Shown: one piece after another, positions 14,539 through 25,488 of the stretch
Layout of the letters: every line of letters begins with the position of its first letter
Numbering within the stretch: the first letter of the stretch is position 1
NCBI GenBank assembly: GCA_951406725.2
Contig: OX597827.1
Coordinates: 25,234,001-25,298,000 of the forward strand
DNA from: Octopus vulgaris
Taxonomy: Eukaryota
Reading direction: 5' to 3'
Length of the DNA stretch: 64,000 nt
The notes under the pieces: generated by a model
Database searches by the model: none
Seen by the model: only the letters and a program-made list of their open reading frames with translations
What the model was told of the DNA's origin: nothing
Made by a program: the position numbers and the translations under genes

Positions 14539-15062
14539 AAGGCGGTGAGGTGGCACACTTGTTAGAGGACCGCATGAAATGTTTAGCGGAATTTCATCCG
14601 CCTTTACGTTCTGAAGTTCCAATTCCGCCGAGATCGACTTTGCCTTTCATCCATTCGGGGTCGATAAAATAAGTACCAGTTGCATACTGGGGTCGATCTA
14701 ATCGACTGGCCTCCTCCCCCAAAATTTCCGGCCTTGTGGCTAGAGTAGAAAAGAAAATTTAAGGCGGCGCTCTGGCAGAAACGTTAGCACGCCGGGCGAA
14801 ATGCTTTGTGGTATTTCGTCTATCTTTACTTTCTGAGTTCAAATTCAGTCGAGATCGACTTTGCCTTTCATCCATTCGGGGCAGATAAAATGAGTACCAG
14901 TTGCGTACTGGGGTCGATTTAATTGACTGCCCCCCCCCCTTTCCAAAATTTCGGGTCTTGTGCCTAGAGTAGAAAAGGATAAAATAAGTACCAGTTGAGT
15001 ACTGGTGTCGATCTAATCGACTTATCCCCTACTCCAAAATTACTGGCCTCGTGCCAAAATTT
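14539..15062 (+). mobile_element. Tandem SINE family B copies (tRNA-like head, Deu/Nin-like domain, tail type 2)
   Basis: aaggcgg(c/t)gagctggcagaaacgttagc, gagttcaaattccgcc and gcctttcatcc.ttcggggtcgataaaataagtaccag. Copies at 14539 and 14761, partial copy near 14980. Confidence 0.9.
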
Positions 15063-15521
15063 GAAAACATTGTTAACAGTAGTAATCTTCTTGATAGCAG
15101 TAGTGGCAGCAGCAGTAGCAGTAATAGTAGTAGTAGTAGAAGAAGAAGATAATACTTTATTGGCCTCAGTGCTCACATGCATACGAAGTATTGTGTATCA
15201 AGTGTTTACATATGAATTTACAGGGGTGTAGACAAAAATTACGTAAAGTGAAGTAATCGTTTCTTTACAAAAGACACGCAGGAATAAATGGCAAACACAG
15301 CCTATGGAATTTTCGGCCGCAACGAAACACTTTGTACTACACAGAGATATCATCTCAAGATAGTTTTCTCCTGAGAAACTTAAGATGGCTATCATCTTTC
15401 CATGCTTTCTTCGTTTATTTTCCTTTTCCACTGTTTCCTTTTTCTTTCTTCTATTAACACATCTTCTATGGCACCCTAGGGGAGAAATCGTGTATGTGTG
15501 TGTGTGTGTGTATCTTTCATC

Positions 15522-15890
15522 ATTTACTTGTTTCAGTCATTAGACTGTGGCCATGCTGGGGCACCACCTAGAAGAATTTTTAGTCGGGTAAATCGACCCC
15601 AGTACATTGTTTTTTTGAAAGCCTGTTATTCATTCTATCGCATCTTTACAGCCAAACTGTTGGGTTACGGGGACATAAACACACCAGTATCGGTTGTCAC
15701 GTGGTAGTGGGGGACAGCACAAACACACACACTCTCATGTAACAGGTTTCTTACAGTTTCTGTCTATCAAATCCATTCACAGGGCTTTGGTCGACGCGAG
15801 GCAATAATAGAAGACACTTGCCTAAGGAGACACTAAGCCCAGAATCATATGGCTGGAAAGCAAACTTCCTGCCACACAGGCCACGCCTAC
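15522..15890 (-). mobile_element. SINE family A, diverged
   Basis: Tail acttgtttcagtcattagactgtggccatgctggggcacc plus body and head remnant. Confidence 0.8.
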
Positions 15891-15894
15891 ATCT

Positions 15895-15999
15895 ATGTAT
15901 GTATGTATGTATGTATGTATGTATGTATGTATGTATGTATGTATGTATGTATGTATGTATGTATGTATGTATGTGTGTGTGTGTGTATGTATGTATATA

Positions 16000-16030
<31 letters not shown>

Positions 16031-16297
16031 ATATGTATGTATGTATGTGTATGTATGTATGTATCTATCTATCTGTCTCTGTCTGTCTATCTATCTATAT
16101 ATCTATCTATCTATGTCTATGTATGTATGTATGTATCTATCTATCCATCCATCTCCCAATCTACTTATGTCTGCTTGTATGTATGTATGTAACATATATA
16201 TCATATATATATATAGATATATATACATACATACATATATGCATACATACATACATACATACATATACATTAAATATTAATATATAGAGCATATATG

Positions 16298-16333
<36 letters not shown>

Positions 16334-16382
16334 CATACATATACATTATATATAAATATATAGAGCATATATGTATAGATGC

Positions 16383-16456
<74 letters not shown>

Positions 16457-16500
16457 ATATACATATTATATGTATGCATGTATGTATGTATGCATGTATA
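15895..16500. repeat. (TATG)n/(TCTA)n/(TA)n compound microsatellite
   Basis: Read directly. Confidence 0.95.
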
Positions 16501-17022
16501 GCGGCTCGTGTCATGAATTGTAAATATTCTTACTGTGCGTTGAGCGGAGTCTGGGACCGTGTTGTGAAAAGTAATCAATATCTGATCTAATCCGCCTGTA
16601 TTTATGATGTGCGTTTGACAATAGGGCGTTGTTAAAAGTACTTAAGAGGACAAACACAGCGATTTAATAATCCTCACTTCGTAAACAGGAGAGCTGAGTG
16701 TGTGTGAGAAACCGTCTCATTTTATGTACACATGCATGAATGTATGGATGCATGGATGTCCAGGGTGAATGCGGCTGTTGACTAATAACACTAAATTATC
16801 TGTCTTCAACAAGAATCAATTGAGTCTTCGCTTTGTGTCCATTTAACGTACGCGCCATTTTACTTATTAATTTTTTTAAACGCCCTTGTGTAAAATATAG
16901 AACACCAAAGCATCCCACGCCGAAATAATTTTGCGATTCATGCTGCCGTACATTACATATTGATATCAGTAAGTGAACAATTATACGATTGACTGGCGTA
17001 GAAGCAATATAATAACAATAAC

Positions 17023-17072
<50 letters not shown>

Positions 17073-17362
17073 TAACAATAACAATAATGAAGTATACGAA
17101 TAATGGATAACAACAAGAGGAACTGTGCTTGAAATTAAAATTAGACGCATTTGTATTTACGATGAATTATCGTGACAGTTTGATACAATGAAGTCTTGGT
17201 AGGAAAAAAATTAAATAAACAACAATAATCGGCTTTAATATTTTGAAGTGACGAAGGAAAACAAAAGGGATAAAAATCGAAGAAGATTAATAAAGTAATA
17301 AAGAAACGAGAATTGTTCTTTGATAAAAGATATGAAATCAAACACAAAAATTCATTCTTTTG

Positions 17363-17430
<68 letters not shown>

Positions 17431-17802
17431 GAAAAAAAAACGTGAGACTATATATAGGAAAAATAACAGAAAGAACAACGAAAATAAATTCATCTTCTAA
17501 AAAGCTTAACACACATAAGATGGTTGTTAGATTTAAGTCTGTAATTCTGGTTAGAAATGTTTCACTGATTTGCATTACCAAAAGTAGAGTATTAGCAAGG
17601 ATTTCAAAATGGACAGTGTTTTGGAAGCGTAAACACACCGCCGCAGCCGCCGAAGCCGTCGTCTGCTGTGTAACATTGAAATATCAAATAATTAAGTTCA
17701 ACACAACCTTAAACTAATATGTTTATATCAGCGTGAAACTTGTGCGTCTTACAATAGTTGTGCGTATATAAATCTATATTTTCGTACTTATACGCATCAA
17801 TA

Positions 17803-17836
<34 letters not shown>

Positions 17837-17911
17837 TTGTATAAATACTTATATTCCCCTACGTAGACATTTTGCTGTAATTGTGCATAGTTTTTTTAGT
17901 CCTTTGTTTCT

Positions 17912-18230
17912 CTTACTTGTTTCAGTCATTTGACTGCGGCCATGCTGGATCACCAGCTTTATTCGAACGAATCGACCTCCACGGCGCATTCTTTGTAAGC
18001 CTAGTACTTAGTCTATCGGACTCTTTTACCGAACCGCTAAGTGACAAGGACGTAAACACACCTGCATTGGTTGCCAGGCTATGGTGGGATGACAAACGCA
18101 GACAAAAATAACAAATACATACATACATATATATGTATGTGTGTGTATATATATATATATATAAAACACGCCAACACCGGTTGTCAAGCGGTAGCGGGCT
18201 GGACAAACACAAGCACAAACACAAACAGGC
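17912..18230 (-). mobile_element. SINE family A 3' fragments
   Basis: Tail motif at 17915-17956. caccggttgtcaagcgg near 18175. Confidence 0.75.
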
Positions 18231-18247
18231 ATCTGAGTGCGCGAACA

Positions 18248-18283
<36 letters not shown>

Positions 18284-18311
18284 GCAGACGTACACACACG
18301 CACACATATAT

Positions 18312-18480
18312 AGGCGCAAGCGTGGGTGTGTGGTAAAAAGTTTGCTTCCCAGCCACATGGTTCCGGGTTCAGTCCCACTGCGTGGCACCTTCGGCAAGTG
18401 TCTTCTACTATACCCTCGGGACGACCAAGGCCTTGTAAGTAGATTTGGTAGATAGAAATTGAAAAAAGTCCGTCGTATCG
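18312..18480 (+). mobile_element. SINE family A 5' half
   Basis: ggcgcaagcgtgggtgtgtggtaa...gttcagtcccactgcgtggcacc. Confidence 0.85.
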
Positions 18481-18504
18481 TCGTATATATATGTATATGC
18501 GTGT

Positions 18505-18696
18505 GTATCGTTGGCGATTTTTTTTCCTCCGTCTCCCCTTCCTTGGAGCTTTCCTTTTCCTATGTCTCTGACGAAGAGCTCCGCTCGAAACGTTAAATCC
18601 TCCTTCTTTCTTTCCTTTCCTGAGCGTCCAGTAACACTATACTTGTTCCACGTCCTCGCGTTGTTGTGTTTTCTCTTTGTGTTTTCATGTTTGAAT

Positions 18697-18702
<6 letters not shown>
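18505..18702 (+). mobile_element. Short hammerhead-bearing non-autonomous element (family H1) ending at (TA)n
   Basis: Same layout as 21725-21950, 32160-32365 and 54905-55100: HHR motif, then gagcgt, then ...aac-tatata. Confidence 0.7.
18564..18598 (+). ncRNA. Minimal type I hammerhead ribozyme motif
   Basis: CTGACGA-A-[GAGC tcc GCTC]-GAAA-CG-TT. Stem III is the palindrome ACGT. Stem I is imperfect in this copy. Confidence 0.75.
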
Positions 18703-18729
<27 letters not shown>

Positions 18730-18731
<2 letters not shown>

Positions 18732-19048
18732 CACCATATGTTTCTATTGTTTTGTTCTTACTGTCCTGTTTTTGTTACCAATTCAACCCTCCGCAAAAAT
18801 CCACAAATTTTATTTAATTTGCTTTGCGGGAAGCACTGTTTTAACGAAGTCGCGTCTTGTCCCTACTTTCGAAATGCGGGGTAGATAAAACAGAGGACAA
18901 CTGATGAAAGGAATGTTCTTTATGTTGCCTGTCTCGTTTCTCTCTTTGTTTCTCTCGTTGTTCGAAAAAAAGTTCGTTTTCTATGTTTTTGTTTTTTATG
19001 TTCTCGTTTCACATTTTGTTCACGCTTTTTTGACGTCCTGTACCTATA
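18730..19048 (+). repeat. Pyrimidine-rich insert flanked by (TA)n, probable Penelope-type terminal fragment
   Basis: Bounded by TA tracts. Shares aactgatgaa followed by a T-rich 3' end with 45525-45745. Confidence 0.4.
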
Positions 19049-19059
19049 TATGCATGTTT

Positions 19060-19118
<59 letters not shown>

Positions 19119-19179
19119 TATGTACATATATGTATGTATATATGCATATATTTATATATTATATATATATACATACATG

Positions 19180-19211
<32 letters not shown>

Positions 19212-19388
19212 CAGAATTTGAGGAAGCAATATCCACGTAAGGGATTGCTATACACACAAATATATATGCTAGTGTTTGCCTTTATGTCTAGTATCTTATA
19301 AAACCAATTTAGCATTAAACTGACCAAAGGATTACTCAATACGTTGTAGTAGAGTACATATTTATTAAGCTTTTATAAGGAAAGAGTT

Positions 19389-19434
19389 AACTGTGACTTC
19401 GAAGTTTTGGAATACTCGCCTTCGTCAAACTGTC
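19389..19434 (-). ncRNA. Decayed hammerhead motif
   Basis: Minus: gacagt-TTGACGA-A-GG..CC-AAAA-CTTCGAAG-TC-acagtt. Two core substitutions. Stem III is palindromic. Confidence 0.5.
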
Positions 19435-20069
19435 ATATGTACACAAATAGCCACGCATACGGAAACACACACATACAGATCTGCGTAGCATTTACGTATG
19501 TTATGTATAGTACCCACACTCTGGAATATATAAGTCTCTGGGCTGATGATAAAAGTATCAGTAATATACTTGGGTAAATATTATCGACCATGTCACTACT
19601 TGTCTTTAGTCTCTACAGCAAATTAATATTTATAGATCAATATTTCTGTCATCGTAGCTTTACGTAAGACAAGAGAACAGACTCGTGTCGACTGCTTAAA
19701 CACGGAAATATTTACGAAAGAGATTATGCTATGATATACAGAAACACGCGCACGTGTCACTAATCGCTTTAACGTAGTCAGCTGAAGACAAACAAAACGC
19801 TAATCTTTAAAAGTTCAGTCTTTAAGAAGACAAAGATTAAAGAAACTGAAAAATACAAATGAAAAATAATTTCAAAATTATTAACAGAATACGAATATCT
19901 TAAAGTTTAGATAATCTGAATGTTGGACTTGCATGATAAAATTATCACAAATCTAGTTAAATTAGAAACATTTTGCACCTCTTGAGTTATAAGTCTCACG
20001 CCTCTGTTTAAACTGTAGGTGCCATTAGCATTATGTGTAATGCAATAATCGCTCTGACAGTGAGCTGGA

Positions 20070-20118
<49 letters not shown>

Positions 20119-20278
20119 GGATCTTGACATGCTGCTGTCAACTACATGTCCGTTTCGGTCGCAAAAATTATTAATTTTTACCTAGGCGTTTGAGTTGAGA
20201 ACCTCGTCAATTGCGTTTAATTAATGAAGACCCAAGAAAAAATTTTAATTGCAACGAAGAAAATGTTAGGAGGAAATA

Positions 20279-20313
<35 letters not shown>

Positions 20314-20320
20314 TTATTAT

Positions 20321-21007
20321 TGAGTGAGAGAGCAGTTCATGCCATCAAAGTGACACTGGGGTAAAATATACGAAGCCCAATATACCCATCATGACTACCC
20401 GTCTGATAAGGGTACACCAGGCACATGCATCACAACCATATGTGCGCGACATGGAGATCTCATATCAAGATAAACAGCGCATGACCTTGCAGGTGGGGCC
20501 CAGTTAGAATTTTCTTCAGGTTGAGTAGCCCATCCCGCTCAAAAGATCCCTGAATAAGGGTTGTTTAAGGATGTTGAAAGAACCACCCATGTTTCCAGAG
20601 GTGAATTATTCAAACCCCAAAGAATCCCTCTCAACACATGGCTATGATGCTCCCCCACTACTTCTGCTCGTGATCAGAGATGCACATATCGTCAGCCACT
20701 AAGGGACATGCTCAACTGGTTAAGGTCAAACAACTGACAAGCAAATCTGTGGTATTGAGTAGAATATTTGCTGTAGCCCATCTTTTATACCAAGACAAAA
20801 CAATGTACATGATAACACTTCCAATCAGTTAAGATCAGAAGCCATGAGAGCCACTGCATGGTACTGCATCAGGGCATTTACTGCATCAGGGCATGGTACT
20901 GCATCAGGGCATTTAGGTACTGCATCAGGGCATTTACTGCATCAGGGCATTTACTGCATCAGGGCATGGTACTGCATCAGGGCATTTAGGTACTGCATCA
21001 GGGCATT
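20321..21007. mobile_element. Non-coding interspersed element between (TAC/TAT)n tracts, with a terminal tandem array
   Basis: GC-richer 0.69 kb segment flanked by TAT repeats. Eight copies of ctgcatcagggcat at 20864-21006. Confidence 0.7.
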
Positions 21008-21015
21008 TATTATTA

Positions 21016-21088
<73 letters not shown>

Positions 21089-21092
21089 TTAT

Positions 21093-21300
21093 AAGGCGGC
21101 GTGCCGGTAGAATCGTTAGCATACCGGGCGAAATGCATAGCGGTATTTCTTTTGCCGCTACCTTCTAAGTTCAAATTCCGCCGTGGTGGACTTTGCCTTT
21201 CATCGTTTCGGGATCGATAAATTAAGTACCAGTTGAATACTGAGGTTGATGTAATCGACTATTCTCCTCGACTATTTCAGGCCTTGTGCCTATAGCAAAA
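21093..21300 (+). mobile_element. SINE family B (tail type 2)
   Basis: aaggcggcgtgccggtagaatcgttagc ... ggccttgtgcctatag. Confidence 0.85.
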
Positions 21301-21331
21301 TGGATTGTCGCCGTTGTTGTTGTTTTTGTTG

Positions 21332-21445
21332 TGAGGGCGCACGGCCTGGTGGTCGTACTGTTGCACTCACGATCGAATGATCGCGGTTTCAATTCCTTGA
21401 CTGTGTTGTGTTCTTGAACAAAGCACTTTATCTTGCGTTTGTTCG
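21332..21445 (+). mobile_element. SINE family C head (tRNA-derived), diverged
   Basis: gggcgcacggcctggtggt...gcggtttcaattcct...gtgttcttgaacaaagcacttta. Confidence 0.65.
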
Positions 21446-21724
21446 ACAATCACTCCCACACCTGATATATGCTAAACCGTGCACCTGCTCATAGAGATTG
21501 AATTTGATGGTGTAAGTGAGCTAATATACAGCAGAAACATTTGATCATTGTAAACAAAACACCTGTGCAGGTTGCTCATCAAGAAATTACAAAACCCCCA
21601 ACTGTCGTCTACGGCAGGAAGGTCCACCACAAGAGTACTTTATTATTTGCCATGTACGTCAATAATAGTATATTCATTTGTCATGGGACAGTTATGACTT
21701 GAATATCACGGCACATATATCCTT

Positions 21725-21952
21725 GCCGCCATGATTGACCGCTAGCTCCAAAAGTTTTTTTTAATCTCTCTCTGTTTATTTTCTTGTGTTCCTTTCCGTT
21801 GAAGAGCGTACGCTCGAAACGTAAAAGACTTTCTCACCTTCTCGAGCGTTAAACTAATTTTAATGTTGGATTTAATGTTGATTAAGGCTAATAATATTTG
21901 TTGTTTATACATCTGTCTTCGTCTCTTGGTTTTCTGTAAATTTCAACCACAT
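21725..21952 (+). mobile_element. Family H1 element with hammerhead-like motif at 21792-21827
   Basis: cttt-CCGTTGA-A-GAGC gtac GCTC-GAAA-CG-TA-aaag. Homologous to 32160-32365. Confidence 0.75.
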
Positions 21953-22626
21953 ATATCTTTGCCATTCTGCTTTGTGTTTCTGCAACTCATAATACTTTTC
22001 CACGGTATATCATTGCTCATTGAATAATAAATTCACTGTAATTTAAAACTTGCTTCTCTTGTCGTTTCTCTTCACTATTAGATCTTGATAAAGATGAAAT
22101 ATTGAATAATTTTCCTACTTGATACAGAAAAGTAGTTTTTATTACCTTTCCATTAACGTTAATTTATCTTTTAGTGGTCGGTGTTGGGACGTGTTTGGAA
22201 ACGCCTCATAAATCACAAATATTAGTCTTAATTATTAACTCGTCACTTTACTGCAGTATTTCTGTGGACGAAAATAGTAAAATATATATATATTATATGT
22301 TTAAATATCTGCGAATTAAAGTTTAAATGTCTCGAAATAGCTGAGCTATTTTTATGTAATATAGTTATCTGATTCGTTTATAACTTTTCACAGAATGCTT
22401 GTGAATTATATAAATATAGGACATTCAACAGAATTTGACAGCAACGGAAACTCTATTCACAATTACAAAATAATTACAGACGGGCGCTTAATATTAAAAA
22501 AAGCAATCATTTAAACGGCAAGCAGCAGAAATTGATTAAGGCTAATAATATCAATCCGTGACACTTAATTTCCAATGTTTGATGAATATAAATAATATGT
22601 AATTGAACTAAAGCGCAATTGATATG

Positions 22627-22675
<49 letters not shown>

Positions 22676-22705
22676 ATGTGTGTGTGTTTGTGTGTGTGTA
22701 TGCAA

Positions 22706-22748
<43 letters not shown>

Positions 22749-22770
22749 CAAAATAACAAATAGGTCGAGG

Positions 22771-22863
22771 TTCGCTACAGCTGTTTCAGACGTGTCCTTT
22801 ATTGATGAACAAAAATGTTACATCATGCAAAAAAAAAGAAAACAGAACGTTTCGTCAGGTGAA
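22771..22863 (-). ncRNA. Type I hammerhead ribozyme motif with long loop II
   Basis: Minus: ttcac-CTGACGA-aACGT...ACGTct-GAAA-CAGCTG-TA-gcgaa. Confidence 0.7.
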
Positions 22864-23630
22864 GTAGAAGTAAAATGTAACTCTTATTATTCTTCACATA
22901 TATAGAACATAATGAAAGTTGACCTTCCCATCCAGGTTACAACTGAGATTGTGTGTGTGTGTGTGTTTCTGTGTATATATATATATATATATAAACAAAA
23001 CATTTAAACACTGAGATTTGAAATAAGATGTCACTACTGTTAATATCATCTGTGGATAAAATAAAAAATTGATCTTATCAACAGTAGTAATTTGGGTGGT
23101 TGAGAGGCAAAAAAGCATTATTTAGCTATAAATTACAAATTAGCACGAAGTGTAAGGATGCAGAGAAACATCAACCTGCTAGAAATAAGAGCTAATGTCT
23201 TAATTAAACCACCATAAAGCATCAAGATAACAGATAAATAACAGTAGGAAAGTAAACGGGAAGAATTAATACGTTCAAGAGCACAACTATGAAAGATTAT
23301 GCAGTTTAGGACATCCACATACCCGGGTTTCGGCTTTTGGAAATTTAATCCTTGAGCCTTTTCAGTGTAGATTAAATTGTAAAAATTCAAGACCGTCACG
23401 TTATATTCCGTTAGTGTACTGTTCTTGTTTTGTACCAAAAACACAGCACATGGTGCACAAATATTTATAAACAAAATATTCAAACACTAATATATATATA
23501 TGTGTATGTGTGTGTATGTGTGTATATATATTGATAAAAATGGTAAGACAACAAAAGAATGAAAGAGACCTCGATATTATGTAAATAGAGGAATGTATCT
23601 GTAAATGTAATATGTGACAATTATTCGGTA

Positions 23631-23700
23631 GCCATGATAAAACTCCGAGTTTTGGATGCCGAGGTGGAAATCCACGCCACCATCTCCTCAGTTATCCGGC
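23631..23700 (-). ncRNA. Type I hammerhead motif, GAAA mutated to AAAA
   Basis: Minus: gataa-CTGAGGA-GATG..GTGGatttCCAC..CATC-c-AAAA-CTCgGAG-TT-ttatc. Stem I gataa/ttatc is perfect. Confidence 0.65.
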
Positions 23701-23751
23701 CATCGGAAGAATGCTACGAAAAATGACCATTTTCATAGCATTTTTCCGATA

Positions 23752-23815
<64 letters not shown>

Positions 23816-24179
23816 GGTGTGTGTGTGTGTGTGTGTGTGTGTATACCCGAAAAAGAAACACACTCTTAAGTATTAGACCAGTAATATACTTTTCTAGGAA
23901 GTTAAAAGTTATGGCCGGTCATAGAGTGACGGTTGCTTTCGCACCTATAAAGCGTTTAGGAATATAAGTGACACATCAGCCTCAAATGACTGAATGCACG
24001 TAACTTCTCTACAACTGGAGGAAGAAATACGTAACGGTCAGTTGATTTTGTAAACAAAAATGAATTGCCCATGCTGCTGGCGGGGCGGGGGTTACTCTTC
24101 TTACATCAGCCCCGACAGAGTGGTGGTATTCTAAAGAACTGTGACGGCACTATTCAACAAATGGGGAATTTCAAACCTG

Positions 24180-24440
24180 AAATAAGAAGCATTTTAGTTG
24201 AGGGCATCGACTGAATACTTTCTCCTGGAGTTTCAAAAGGTCCTCGAGTCGATCGAGTTTTTTAGGATTCTTGCCCCCTCTTTCAAGCAAGGATTACATC
24301 GTTTGCTCCCGTTTATATAAGCCCCAAGTTGTTCATGGAGGCTCAATATATGTCTGTAGTTTCTTCCTCTTTTAAGCGCCAAATGTGACTGGCTAGGGAC
24401 GTGTTGTTGCACCTTTTCCGTATCCCTGCGGTTCTATTTC
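24180..24440 (-). pseudogene. Penelope-like element GIY-YIG endonuclease C-terminal fragment (decayed)
   Basis: Minus translations RCNNTSLASHIWRLK, AYINGSKRCNPCLKEGARI and VFSRCPQ resemble the PLE T-x-L-x-x-H/Y-I-W-x-L-K and C-N-L-C-L-x-E-K motifs. Contains frameshifts and stops. Confidence 0.75.
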
Positions 24441-24587
24441 GCCACAACTTTCTCTCACTTTTTCTTATGTTAGCCTGCTCGCTTAGCCAGTGGGGTGGCG
24501 TCATTTGAAGGCTAAAACAATGTGAAGCGCATTGTGACAAGCGATGTGTAGAAAAAACATTTGGCCTGGTCGGTCACGGTGATCACG

Positions 24588-24592
<5 letters not shown>
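24441..24592 (+). mobile_element. SINE 3' fragment (family D body with an alternative tail)
   Basis: caactttctctcact is shared with the 12.2 kb SINE. Tail atgttagcctgctc...gcattgtgac is shared with 39305-39420. Confidence 0.7.
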
Positions 24593-24639
<47 letters not shown>

Positions 24640-24643
<4 letters not shown>

Positions 24644-25320
24644 GGCGCCCGTACCCCCTTTTGATATTGTATGCAAAATACATTTTCTCTCTAATACATG
24701 GTACGACTCTATAACACTGTCCCTCTCTCTCCCCCTCTCCTACATTTCTCTGCCTTTCACACTTTGCACTCCACTTTGACCCGTCTCTTTCTCTCTTCCT
24801 CTGTCCCGCTTTTCTCTCCTCTCTTCTCATACGTGACTAACTTTGGACTGCTGTCCTGCCTTTTCGTGATCAACGGCCGTATAGGCTAGACACATTTTTT
24901 CTCTCTTCGCCTTTAGGCATTTTTTCAATGCGCCAGCTCAAGTTCACCCGTCCTGTCGAAAAGACGCCTGTCTGTAACGTCCTGTTTTTGTTATTATTAT
25001 TATTATCATTATTGTTTTACGTATTTTCGTATTCTTATTCGTGTTATCATTATTAATTTTACGTATTTTTGTATTCTTATTCGTTCTCATCCTTGTTTTG
25101 TATACATTCGAGGCTTTCTTCCAAGGAATCTAATGCGCTTGGCTTAGATTTTCCTTTGGGGCTGGCCAGGTTGGAGCAATCTCAAGATTAATCAGCCGAA
25201 ATTGTGAAGATGATCCGGTTTTTGACTGAAGATCGAAGGCTTCGAATGTCCCGTCCGTTTTTTTGTATCGTCTTCTAAATGTTTTGCGTTCCTGTCCCAG
25301 TTTGTGTTTTTTTACATTTA
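24640..25320 (+). mobile_element. Non-coding repeat family H2 inserted in TA/TACA microsatellite
   Basis: 24960-25320 is homologous to 31787-32110 (gctttcttccaaggaatctaatgc...ggggctggccag.ttggagcaatctc). Confidence 0.75.
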
Positions 25321-25334
25321 CCTACATACATACA

Positions 25335-25387
<53 letters not shown>

Positions 25388-25488
25388 GTTTATATATATA
25401 TATTTATTTTTTATTTTTATCTAGTTTCAGCTCACAAGCTGTGGCCATGCTGGGGCACTGCCATTTGGTGTTGCTACATGATTTTACT

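Noticed and set aside
20864-21006. CRISPR-like short repeat array
   Set aside because: Spacers are only 3-7 nt and themselves repeat. The context is eukaryotic with no cas genes.
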